Assembly: GCA_016748015.1 (NCBI GenBank)
Contig: JAAOMT010000445.1
Location: 1-64,000, forward strand
Length of the DNA stretch: 64,000 nt
Origin: Geosiphon pyriformis uo1
Taxonomy: Eukaryota > Fungi > Glomeromycota
Reading direction: 5' to 3'
The notes beneath the pieces are model-generated. The model ran no database searches, was not told where the DNA came from, and saw only the letters and a list, made by a program, of their open reading frames with translations. The translations under genes were made by a program, and so were the position numbers. Positions 51,708 to 64,000 of the stretch are shown here, piece by piece (position 1 is the stretch's first letter; each line of letters begins with the position of its first letter).

Positions 51708-52826
51708 TCACAAAAGTTTTTGTGCTCTCCAATCCATCCATTCGTCATCATCTTGATGTTCTTCATCCATTTCACTTCCATTGCTCTCCTCTTGTATTTC
51801 TTCTTTAACAATCACCATATTTTCCAACTGTTTATCTTTGACTCTTTTCGAAAACTCCTTCAATCTTTCTAATCTCTTGATACACATTTCTTGTTCGCGT
51901 TCTTGCATTTCATCCCTATCCTTCTGTAACGCTTCTTCATCAGCATCAGCTATTTTATTGGACACCTGTGTTTCTTTAGAAATCAGCTTCTGAAAAAGCT
52001 GCCACTCTTCTTCATTGACTTCAGTGCTCTCTGGTTCTTTTAAATGATTTTTTGAACTTGAAGCCTTAGGGTCGTCAAAGAAATCATCGGGAAGTGCGCC
52101 TTCAGAAGGTTCTGAACCTGCTTCCATTTTAGTCGCCAGCCCCTCATCAGTTAGTGTCTCTGCTTGGGGAGAAGAATCTAATTGTAGAGTAGCAAGTCGA
52201 GCTGTCTCAAGACCCTCATCAAAAAAATCACTAGGCAATTGATCTACTCGATTTATTGACTGCACTATAGATGGCTGTTGTTCATTGTCATAAGATTCAA
52301 TTTGTTGTGTATCAAGGTAATCTTTTGCTAAAAAAGAACTTGTAGAATCTTCAATCGCAAATTTTACCCGCTTTACTCGCGGTTGTTTTGGCTCTTCATC
52401 TTCCTCGTCTTCACCATATCCAACTAATAGTTTGCTTCCTTCCCCACTAAAGACTAAGCTCTCTTCGCCTGAAATTGAAACGGGCCTCTTCTTTTCTGTT
52501 TCAGTAATGGAACGAAGGCTCGATTTTGTTTCCCGCACAGATTTTGGAGCTTGGTCAACAAAGTCTGTACCTCCTTTGGTAGCTCTTTCTTTCACCTTTT
52601 TCAACTTCTGAAGTTGCGCTTTGTGTCCTGCACTACCGAGATGTGCGTTCCATAAGGAATCGTTTTTTACCAGGGAGGAGCACACGATGCATATGAGTTT
52701 GTTGTTTTCATATTTAGCGAAAGGATGGACTACTTTTTTTGAAGAGGCTGACGATGAGGAAGACTGACGTTGAGATAGCGTTGAGGAGAGAAGGCGGCGT
52801 AGTTCTTTAGGGTTTTTAGTAGACAT
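51708..52826 (-). CDS. ZNF830/CCDC16-like splicing-associated zinc-finger protein
   Basis: Intact 372-aa ORF; HPFAKY..CIVC..WNAHLGSAGH zinc finger; LPxDFFD motifs; EEEWQLFQK; terminal DWRAQK. Confidence 0.82.
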   Translation of the reverse strand: MSTKNPKELRRLLSSTLSQRQSSSSSASSKKVVHPFAKYENNKLICIVCSSLVKNDSLWNAHLGSAGHKAQLQKLKKVKERATKGGTDFVDQAPKSVRETKSSLRSITETEKKRPVSISGEESLVFSGEGSKLLVGYGEDEEDEEPKQPRVKRVKFAIEDSTSSFLAKDYLDTQQIESYDNEQQPSIVQSINRVDQLPSDFFDEGLETARLATLQLDSSPQAETLTDEGLATKMEAGSEPSEGALPDDFFDDPKASSSKNHLKEPESTEVNEEEWQLFQKLISKETQVSNKIADADEEALQKDRDEMQEREQEMCIKRLERLKEFSKRVKDKQLENMVIVKEEIQEESNGSEMDEEHQDDDEWMDWRAQKLL

Positions 52827-53999
52827 ATTGCTGGCTTCCTTCCACTGACTATGTTAGTTATATTAAGTTACTATAGATGCGGATCATGTGTAACCAGCCA
52901 CCCAAACTAAAGTCAAACCAAAGGCATTTTTACCCAAGTCATTTACAAATATATTTGCACATTTATTTTTTATATATTATACAATTTATAAAAAATCATA
53001 AACATTTAAAAAAATAAGTGTTATGCTTGTTTTTAAACTAATTAAAGTTAAAAATAAAAATATAAAACAGTTTTTTAACATTTATAATAATATGCATTTT
53101 AATAAACATAAAAGTAATAATTAAATTTAATAAAAATTTACACTTATTAATTATGAATTTTATTATATTAAACAGATTTCACAATTTTAACTTCAATAAT
53201 TCTAATATTAATATTAAATAAATTAAAATTACTTGACAACAAAAAAATAGCAATCTTAACATAAAATATTAAATTGACAAATTAATTTACAAGATATTAA
53301 TTTTAATAAATATATTATTAAAAAATTTTGTAATTTTAAGAGTAATCAAAAAATATTACAAGTTTAATTTTAAATAACAGTATTTAAAAAAATTTTAAAA
53401 TACAAATTTTATACAAAAAGCTTAATATTATTCTTAAAAACCAATTTTATATTAATAAATCTAAGCAAAAATTAAACCAAAATCTTAATTTAAATTATTT
53501 TAATCTTTATAATTATATTAAAAATAAAAATTTTTATTTTTATTAATTAATAATTGTTTTTTAAATACTATTAAAATAAATAACATTTTTTAAAAACAAA
53601 AAAAAATATTTTAAATTTATATTATTAATCTAATTTTTGTAATTAGATAACTTAATAATATATTAAAAAAAATATATAAATAAAAAAAACTGCAATTTTT
53701 TTTATTTTTATTATTATTTAAAGTAATTATTAATTATTTTATTAATAAAGTACTAATAACTATAAAAATTGTTTAATAATATTTAATAAAATAATTATTA
53801 ATTAGTTTTTTGTTAATTAAAAACACTTTTTTATCTTTAATTAAAAGTTTTTCTTTTTTTAAAGTTTTTTTTAATTTATATAAAATAATTCTGATATAAT
53901 TACTGTTTTTTTCAAAAATCTTAAAATATTTAATAAAAAACCAATAATTAAATTTTTTATTTCTTTTTTTACTGCTATTTAAATAACCAAAAAAGCCAA

Positions 54000-56900
54000 A
54001 ATAATCAAAAAACAATTTCTTTAAATTTTTATTATGTTTAATAACAATTTTTTTAAAGTGCTAAAAATTTTTTTTTAATGTTTTTTAGTAATTTTGGTGT
54101 TTTAAAACCAGCTTTTTTTCTTAAAAAAATAAAGCTTTAATTTTTCTGTTTTTTCTGGTTTTTTTATTAGTTTTATATTATTAATATTAATTATAATATT
54201 TAATTTTATTGTAACTGTAAAAGAAATTTTTTTTGTTTTAAATAATAACAATAAAATATATATTAACTAATTTAAATTTGAATTAGTCTTTGATTATATT
54301 TTTTGATATATTAATTTTTTAAAAATTTTTAGTGGTTTTAGAAATAAAACAAAACATATTTTTATAAATGTTTTTTATTAATTAAACTATTAAATTACTT
54401 GATTTTAAAGATTAAACTAATCAAATAAAAACTGAATTAACTTTTGTTTTTTTGTTTTATAATATTATTTTTAATAATGTTTAAAAAACAATTTTTAATT
54501 ATTAAAATTTTTTTAAGTATATAATTTTTGTTTTAATATTTGGTTTTATATTTAAAATTGGTTTTTGTTAATTTTTTGTTTTATTTGCTATTTATTTTGT
54601 TAATTTTAATTTTAAAAAACAATATTAAGTTGTTTTATGTAATTTTATTTTTTTGGCTTATTTAATTATTACTACTAAAATTGTTATTAATAATTCTTAT
54701 TTTTTAACTATATTTAAAATTGCAAGGTTTTTTGTAATAATTTTTGCTTTTTTTTATTGTATTTTATAATTTTTTTTAATATATTTTTAAATAATATTAA
54801 AAATACTTTTTATGTTTTTGTGTTATTAATTTAATTTAATTAAAGTTTGCTAACTTGTAATAATATATTATTGTTTATTTTAAAAACTTTTTTCTATTAT
54901 TGCTGTTTTTATTTATTAGTTTATACTAATTAAAAAACAATATTAGAATTTTTTCTTTAATTAATCAAAAAAATTATTATTTTTAGAAATATTTTCAAAT
55001 TTAAATTGATCAATTTTTTTTTAGCTGTATTATTTTTGAAATTGGTAATTTAATTTTTTAAGTTAATAATTATACATGTTTTATTTTCTGTTTTTTTTTT
55101 AATTTTTATTATTGTTAATGTTTTATTATTATAATTTTTAATTCTTTAAAAACTTTGAACTTAGCTGATTTAAAAACTAATACTTTACATAAATATTATA
55201 TTTGATAAAAAACACCTAAATATTAATATTATTACAAGTATTCAAGTTTAAATTATTTGGTTTTAAATTATAAAATTTCTTTGTTTTTTATTTTTAAGTT
55301 TTGTTTTAAATTTATTAGTAATTTTAAGTTTTTTAATTTGTTTTTTATTAATACAAAATTGTATGTTAATATTTTTTTCTTTTTATTATTTATTTGACTG
55401 CTTTGCTGTTAATTTTTGTGATCAAATTTAGATTAAATTCAAATTTTTAAATTGGTTATTTTAATTAAATTTATTATTTTATTAATTAGTTTTTTAATTG
55501 CTTTGGTTATTATTTTATTAAATACTTTTTTAGTTTTATATACAAAACTTAAAATATAATAAATGCTATTCAAAATAAAATATTAATTTTTAATAAGACT
55601 ATAAATAAGCTTTTCTTAAATATAATTTAAGCTAAAATTAAATATAGTTTTAATACTAATTTAATAAAAAATTTTGATTATTTTTTAAATAATAATATTT
55701 ATATTAGGTTGATTATTTTTTAGAAATATTAACTAATCAATATTAAATTTAATTCAAATAAAATTATTAAATAATTAAGTAAAATTATTATAAATAATAA
55801 TTTTTAATTATAGTTTTATATAAAATATTTTCTTAAAATAGATTTTTTTTTTTAAATTCAACATAAATTAGTCTGAACTAAATTTGTATCTAATTGTATA
55901 TAGAAAATAAATGAAAAATTTTTAATTTTTATTATTTAATTTATCAAATATATTAATATTTAGATTATTTGAATTATTAAATTTTATTATTTTGAATTTT
56001 GAATTTTTAATAACATTGAATATTACTAATAATGAATTTATTTTGATAAGTTAAAAAGTAGAATTATTATATATACATAGTTTTATATATTTTTTTAACT
56101 GATTATAGTAATTAAACAAAATAATGATTAATAAACAAGTAGTATAATTTATATCTTTTTTTAATTGCAAAAGCTGTAAATAAATCTTTTTTTGTGATTT
56201 TGAATGATAATTTTAATGAAAATAGTTCTCATAAGTATGCTAATTTTAAGAAATATCTTAATTTAAAGTTGTTTAACTTTTTGGTAAGAAGTTTAGTTGT
56301 GAAATTTTTAACATAAAAAAATTTTAAAGATGCTAAAAAGACAATTGATTATATGTTTGTTTTTTTAAATCTGATTAATACAGTAGTAAATTATAAGATT
56401 CTGGATGTTAACAAGTATTTTAATACTAATTATTAAGCCATTTTTGTTTTTGTAAATTTAGATAGTTTGCTAAATATGTATTTGAATTTTTTTTGTAAAT
56501 AAGCAAATAAAAATTGTTAGAAGTTTAATTTTAGAAGTGCTAATAATATTAAGTAAATCAGATTCAAAAATATGTTGCTGGCTAATATTACAATGTTTTT
56601 TAACAAGTTTGTTATGTTTAAAAATTTCTTAGATCTGAATACTATATAAAATATTATTCATAAAATAATATATTTTTTAGCCAATAAAGTGTTTAAAAAA
56701 AAATAGTTCAAGAATTTTGATAATATCTTTATTAGAAAATCTTTTAAGTTTTATAAATTAGAAATTTTGGTGTTTAAAATTATTAAGTCTTTGTATATAA
56801 GGTCTAATAATGAATTTTTTTTTAATAAATTGCTAAATGTCTCTAAACAGTATTAAAGCCTCAAATGTTTAAGTTTGTTTGTACTCTAATGTTAATTTTG

Positions 56901-59900
56901 ATTATATAAAATCTGTTTTATCTGGTGTAAAAAAATTCTATTATATTTTTAAGCTTGCCAAATTGTTAAGAACTAAGAAAACAAATATTAGATCTGTTGT
57001 TAACAAGCAAATAGAAAGTTTTGTTGTTAATAAAAGTTATATAATTAAAAGAATATTAGAATATTTATTTTAAAAAGTAGATTTGAATTACTTAATTATT
57101 AATAATAAATTAGTTTTGAATTTTGGTAAAGTTAAATTTAAGATTAATATAATAATAAAAAGTTAAATAAAAAAAATTAATATTAAACAATATTTTTAAT
57201 TTGTGGTATTATCAATATTTGTTTTTGACTAATGTTAATAATAATGCTTTTTTTGACATTATAAGTATTATTATATATGTTAATATATTATAAATAGTCA
57301 AAAATTTGCCTAATAAAAAAGCTGCCAATTTGTCTAATATCATTAAAATATTGTGATGACTTTGTTTTCATTATGCTTTTGAATTTTTTAAATTCTTGTT
57401 TGGTGTATAAGTTTGTATTTTAATCTTAAAAAAAGCTTAAATGTTAATAATTTTTAAATCTTATAAATAAAAAGATACTTTGATCAATACTAAGTCAATT
57501 GTTTTGATTAAAACTGCTTGAAAAATTTTTTTTAAGATACTTTTTAATAAATTTTTATCAATTTATAGCAAATTTAATGTTTTTTGTAATGATAATTTTT
57601 CTGTATTAAAGAATACTATTACTTTTTATTTTTATAATAAGCTTGGTAATAAAAGATATATTGAAAAAAAGTTGTAAACTTTGGTTGGTCTTATAGAATA
57701 TATAAAAAACTTATAATTTTGTTAGCTAATATTATTTGAAAAGCAGTTTAGTTTAGATAAAAATATGTAAGTAGTTTATTAAATTTTTTAATAATATTTA
57801 TAATAATAAAATTAATTGAATTATAACAGATTATAAGTTTATTAATAGATATTGGGTGCATAATAATTTAAATTAGAATGAAGTTTTTGCTTCTTTGTTA
57901 TAAAAAAAATTTTATAATCTTTTTTTATACAAAGTTAAGAGACATAAAAATTTGTGTAATTACTGTATTAATACTAAGTTTGTTATTAAAACTGACAGAG
58001 TCAAAAATCAAGCTGAGTTAATTTTTTAGTTAGCAGCTAGTGCTTTTATTAATAACACAATTTGTGTAAAGAATAATTAGACTGTTATTTAATATATTTT
58101 GAATATTATAAGCAAGTTTTTTAAGATTAATAACATTTTGATCAATAATAAGAAAACAGTAACCATTTTTATCAATTAAAAGATCAAAAATGTTTTATTG
58201 TTAATAAATAATCTGCCAATTTCTATTGTATAAAAAAAAATGTCTTATAAATATTTTGTCTTTTAAGAGTTTGTCCAAATCTAACTTGATAAAAATCTAT
58301 TTAAATGTCAAGTTTTTTGCTAATATAATCTTAAAAAAAGCTATTTTGGATAAATAATTCTTTTATTTGGTCTTGGCTATGCTGTAATCTATTATTAATT
58401 ACAGAATCCAATTTAATTTTATATTTAAGAATGTATATAACAAATAAAATATATTAATTAAAAAGAATTTAAAAGTAAAAGCTGGCTTATTAAAAAAATT
58501 TTCTAGTAAAACTTTTTATTATCTATCTTTATATAACTTAAAAACATTTAAACAGATACAAATAAAAATAAAATAATATTTATATTAAATTTTTCAAATG
58601 CTAATAATGTTTTCAGTTATTTGTTTAATTATAAGTCTTTAGATTTGTAAATATTGAATTAGTCTTTCAATTATCTATTATAGTTTTTTATTAAATTAAG
58701 AGTTAATTTAGTTAACAAATTTTTGGCTGGTATAGTAAAAGTTTTTTTGAATTATAATATCTCTTTTGTAAACAATTTGTTCTTTGTATTTTTTTTTTCT
58801 GGCAGCACTTTGATATTCTTTGTTTTAGAAGATTTAATCTTTTATAATGTTTTCTACTCATTTAAAAAATTTGGTATTGTTTTTGTTAAGCAATTAAACA
58901 ATAAAAAAGAGTTGATTTTTAATTAGAAAAGACTTAATTTTAAGAGTTTAGTTTCTACTTAGTTCAGATTAGTATGTAATTATTTAGTTAGTACTATTTT
59001 TTATTTTACTAACCAGCTACTTAATAATAACTCACAAATTTTGAATGTTTTTAGTTCTAGTAATTTTTTTGTAGTGAAAAAATGTTTTTCTAATGCTAGT
59101 TTGAATATTATTAATGTTTACACAAATGAATTTTTAAAAAGTTTGAGTATTCATAATATAAAATATAATACAGCTGCATTTTTTGCTAATTTAAATTTGA
59201 ATATGAGTGTTAAAGTAATAATTTGGTCTTTTTTATATTGGTTAAATTACAAGTAATTATTTTGGTCTTAAAATGTGTTTTAATTTCTAGTGTTATTATA
59301 ATATATTCAGATAGTTAGATTGTTTTGAATACTTGTGTTGTAAAATTGGAGATAATTTTGCTAGACTTTTACAATTATTGTTAGCTTAAAAGGTATTGTA
59401 TTGTAAACTTTATCAAGTATAAAAATCTTAATATTTTTTGGTTTAAGGTTAAAAACTATTCAAGTATCTTAAATAATAAGCATGCTGATAAGTTAACTAA
59501 TACAACTTTATGTTCAAAGTTGGTTTTTTTTGTTTTAGTTAGAAAAAAGTATATTAGAACTGATAAAATAATAATGTTAGAAAACACTTACTATTTTGAT
59601 TATAATATTTTTAAGACTGTTTGTTACACTTGTTGAAAGATTAAACTTAGATTTAATATTATTAATAAAAACATAATTAAGGATATAGATTGGGCTTAAA
59701 TATTATTAGTTTGGTATTTTGATTCACAAATGGCTTTTGGTTTTATAAGCAGATCTATTGCTAATTTGCATACATATTTTATAAAAGCTTTGCATTGTTA
59801 TTTGTTTATTATTATTTATAAATACTTGTATAATAAAAAGTATTTTAGTATATTGTGTCTCTATTATGGAAATATGAAATCTTCTGATTATTTTTTTATA

Positions 59901-60510
59901 TGTAAAATAAATTTTGTTATTTACAAAAAGCTGTTTGGATTATATTTGATTTAATAAAATTCTATATTAGACTTGAGTTTGTTATTGTCTTATGTTTTAC
60001 AAATATTCTTTGTGTATATCTAATAATATTGTTTATACTATTTTGTATAAGAGTTTTGTGTTTAAAAAATAGTATTTAGAAATAGTATTTGTTTTTAAAT
60101 ATGTTAAAATTGTGACTAAAAAGATTATTGACTTTGTAAAAAATCTGAAAGTAGTTTATCATATTAAGATATAGTTAGTAAAGTTTAGGTATAGAACAAT
60201 TATAGAAAAGCATAGTTTGATTATGTATGATAGTTTTGTACTTTCAATAATTTGTGGTTTATTATTTTTGTTTTCTAATAGTATTGTTAAGTTGCTTAAA
60301 ATTGTTAAAATACATGATATTTGTTTTAATTTACATAATTTTGCATCTTTTTTTCAGATATTAGTTATGTAATTTCTGTTATAGTATTGTTTTAATTAGT
60401 CCAAAGAGCTGGTCATATATAGAAAATACATAATTTATATTTAATTTAGATTATTTAATTTGATATATTATATTAAGTAGTATTTGGATTTTACTTGTAA
60501 ATAAAAAAAT
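54000..60510 (+). mobile_element. Near-full-length, extremely AT-eroded LINE (ORF1, APE, RT, RNase H, poly(A))
   Basis: Colinear with the younger copies: 56170-56400 with APE; 57300-57720 with the RT start; 59100-60500 with 21830-23250, including the 3' UTR. 5' boundary approximate. Confidence 0.8.
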
Positions 60511-61433
60511 TTAATGTTTTTTTTTTAAGTTATATTATAAAATAGTTTTAAGTAAAATTATATAAATATATTTTTATAAGTTAAAATAAAAAATTAATAA
60601 ATCACAAAAAAAATATATATTATATAATAATAAAATAATTAAAAATATATATTTAATAATAAAGTGAATTAAATATATATAAATTTAATGTGCAAAATTA
60701 GTCATATAAATATTTTAACTATTATTTTTTTCAAAAAAATTTGAACTTAATTAACCAATATAAAATTAATTTTGTAAAAATAATACTTTTTTAAAAAATA
60801 TAAAGAGTTTTACTTATATATTTTTAAAAAACTATTAATTAAGTTAATAGTCAAATTAATAATTTGGTTAAGAATTAAATTAACAATTAAGTTAATAACC
60901 AAGTTAATAATTAAGACAATAATCAAGTAATTAATCAAGTTAATAATTACATTAATAATTAACTTTAAAAATAAAGTGGTTAACATAGATAATATTAATG
61001 ATTAATACATATGATTAAATATAATTAAATAATTAATAAAACTAAAAATAAAAGATTGAACTGTAACAATATTACTAAAAATTTTTATAATACATATAAA
61101 ATTTTTGTAATTGTTGTTTCTATCAAAGAACAAATATAAATTTTTATTCAATTTGACTAATTATTCATTGAATAAATATACACATAAAATCCCAAAAGCA
61201 ATTGTATTTTAAATTATTTAAAAACGAAAATAATACGCATATTTGATATTTTAAAATGGAAAAAATACAATTTCACATTCTTGGACATCGCAGTTCAAAA
61301 ATAATTCCTAAATTTTAAGCAGGCTAATGAGAAAAAGTTGAAAAATGAAAAGGGTTTGACGAAACATTACTACGAGCAATAAATTGTGATGGAATTTGGC
61401 GATTGTAAAAGATATCCAATAATTTGCTTGTGG

Positions 61434-63670
61434 TTATACTTTGACACCTCTAACAAGAAAGTATCCTTGATTCGTAACCACGTCCCAATTTTCCTTGTCT
61501 AACATTCGGGCAATCGCTGGTGGTAATTTGGCAATACCGTTAGGAGAATGATTGCCCTGGCCAGTTACAATCTTTAAGGGCTTGTCTGTTAGCATGTTTA
61601 ATGAATAGTGAAAAAAGTAAATCAATTTTTTCGTATGTTTTGTATATATTCATATTTGAGAAGGATAAACTACAACCTCGCCCCGCCACACTCGAATACC
61701 ATTGTTCCAATCCTTCTTTAACAACGGTAAGAGCCTCTTTCACGCTCAATCCATGCAAATCTAAGAGATTGTGATCCCCACTAGCATCCCTGTATATAAA
61801 GATCAAGTCTTCAATCAGCAATAAACTTTGGTAAAAAAAAAATTAAGGGTATGAGTACCTATGCCGTTTTACTGAAGATCTGGCGGCACGCAAGTTCCAC
61901 GTTTTCATTTGGGAATCAAATCGATGTCCCTAGTGTATTTAATCATTACGGAAATTAATTAATTATTTATTTTGTGGATATTCGTAACAAAGCAAATTTC
62001 AATTAAAAACCTTACCTCATTCGAATAATAGGACGCTATCCCGCCTTCACCATCTTTTCTATGGCCTCTGGCTTTATTAAACGATGCCATCGCTTTACCA
62101 AATGCCTCATTCCTTTTTTCCATGTATTGCCGAGCTTTTTCCCGACAAAATTGGGGATCATAGTCATCGTTTTCCTCCTCTTTATGTTTAAGATCACTAC
62201 GACAGGCATATCGGTCGATTACCGGAGAAGATGAAGCTGAGGTTGATGAAACTGAAGAAGATCTATTACTGAAATCATTGGTATTATCATTCAATTTTTT
62301 ATCTCGGGCAATATTGTATTCACCAGTATCATGGTTGAAGACTACACCAGCTGGTAAAAATGGACTACTGGATGTGCCTAATCGATTTTTCATTTTCTCT
62401 GGTTTTGAACTGTTGTTACTCCCTAAAACCTTTCCATTATTACTAATAATATCACTACTGAAATTACTACTACTTATTAACAATAGTTCGATTGCTTTTT
62501 GCGAGGTTCCACCGCTAGCTACTAGGGCTTTTTTCAAAATTTCGAAATCGTGATTAGGGAACACACCTATCAATTGACCTAAACTTTGATCAAAAATTTC
62601 TTGCTTGCTGCTAGGTTCCGAGGAGCAAAGTAATATCAATTCCTGGGCAGTTTCCATTAACTTTCCATGATTAGCATGGAATGTCGATATGATCTTTTTA
62701 AGAGGGATGGTAGGAAGCATGTTTCGCAATTGTTGGATTTGATTTTCAAAACTTACCCAACAATTTTCGGAAGTCGAAGATCGAAAAGAATTAAAAGACG
62801 GTGATTTCGAGGACGTGGAGGATAACAGAGCCGAATTGTCAGGGATTGAAAGATGCGCATTGATTTTAAAGATAATATTTTTTGATGGTTGCCTGCGTCG
62901 CTTCTTCTTGCGATGTTTGAAGCGAGCTTCTGATGAGAGACCATCATCGCAATCCATATCACGCGTATCAAATGAAGATGAAGTTGATGCAGACGACAAA
63001 TAAGCTAACTCCGAATCTTTCCGTTCAGCTTCCAAAAACAGTTCATTAAAAATTAAGTCGTAATCATGGGGATATCTTCGCAGTAATGATTCCAACTTTT
63101 CATTCGAGATTTTGGGAAAGCAAGCCTTTAAAAAATCGAGGGGCGATTTATCATAATGGCCCAATTGCTCAACTTCTTCGTCCCAAGCAATTCCGTCGCT
63201 GTCAATAATGCTACACCCGGAATCGAAATCATCCGTTACATAAAGATGTCCCATTTGGTGATCCAGACCGGATACTGCCCCCTCATCTGAAGACGAGGGT
63301 GGATAGGGAGAATTTCCAAGCTCGGGATACAGGGGATAGATTTTATTTTTAGAACTTCTTCGACCTTTGAAGGGTTTTAATTTATCGTTTTCATCATGGT
63401 TGAAATTTTCACTGGTAGTACTGTTGTTATTGCTGCTGCTGCTGCTGCTGCTGTTGCTGTTGCTGTTGCTATTTTCTGACCATTGATAATTGGGCCCAAA
63501 AGCAAAACGCTCAGCGTCCAATTCTAAATTAGCTTCTTTGGCGAGATGGTTGAGAATCTCGACGCAGGCATTGAAATCTTGCACATCTCCAATAATGGCA
63601 GCAACCAAAGCCGAATCAAGCGGTGGGCAGAACAAGTCCTGCGCCGCATCAAAAGGAAGCAATTTAAAAC
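61434..63670 (-). CDS. CUE-domain plus Smr-domain endonuclease (Cue2/N4BP2-like); first exon not resolved
   Basis: FCPPLDSALVAAI; three CUE-like segments (LKACFP, LRNMLP, LIGVFP); DUF1771-like helix; Smr LDLHGLSVKEA..LKIVTGQGNHS. A splice acceptor at 63671-72 implies an upstream exon. Confidence 0.85.
63421..63471. repeat. AGC/AACAGC microsatellite encoding an Asn/Ser tract
   Basis: (GCT)n and (GTTGCT)n runs inside the Smr-gene exon. Confidence 0.8.
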
Positions 63671-64000
63671 CTATGTGAGTTTGAGATTAGTCTAATAAAT
63701 GCTTTAAATTAAAAGCTTTAAATACATAATTGAATTTGTATTTTTTTTAATATATTATGAATTTAATTAAGGTTTCTTGGCAGTTTCAAATAAAAATGAT
63801 AAATATATTACATTAAAAAGCAAAAAAGTCAAGTTTATGTGTAAAAGGCAAGTGAAGTCGTCCACACACCATTTTTTCATAACCTTGAACCGACGAATTT
63901 TGAATTCGAGTTTTTTGTACATGGTTTCTTGGTGGTAGCGACTTACGCTTAAAAGACAGTTCGACTCCTTCGCCTTTTCCAAAAAGCCCCACATCTCACC

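Noticed and set aside
53773-59954. Short K/N/F/I/L-rich ORFs (also 6893-7270, 16432-16614, 21451-21696, 23859-24116, 25955-26173)
   Set aside because: Chance frames in AT-eroded TE relics.
63767-63994. 75-aa ORF as a standalone gene
   Set aside because: Non-ATG start at the window edge with no motifs; it may include an upstream exon of the Smr gene, but this cannot be established.

Overview
Eukaryotic, AT-rich fungal DNA with short GT-AG introns. Gene and transposon styles resemble Glomeromycotina (Geosiphon-like); this is an inference, not a database result. Gene islands: an ANKRD16-like pseudogene; a divergent LTV1/MAS2 pair; PCK1; a spliced hypothetical gene; 5-hydroxyisourate hydrolase; a ZNF830-like gene; and a Cue2-like CUE/Smr gene. 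Transposon blocks separate these islands. The block at about 16.9-45.0 kb is deeply nested: LINEs with RNase H, then a pogo/Tigger DNA transposon split by a Ty3/gypsy element, which itself holds two solo LTRs and one full-length opposite-strand copy of the same family, all with 4-bp target-site duplications (TSDs). The full-length gypsy has an unusual layout: a Met-free ~330-codon leader before the capsid, a Cys-rich domain plus dUTPase between protease and RT, an integrase that appears to be a separate ORF, and a conserved unknown ~200-aa C-terminal domain. Other notable items: a tRNA-like head followed by an array of mini-hairpins (about 10.0-10.35 kb), a 75-bp inverted repeat bracketing the first 9.5 kb, and a strong repeat-restricted C>T/G>A hypermutation gradient. 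Two 20-N assembly gaps are present.
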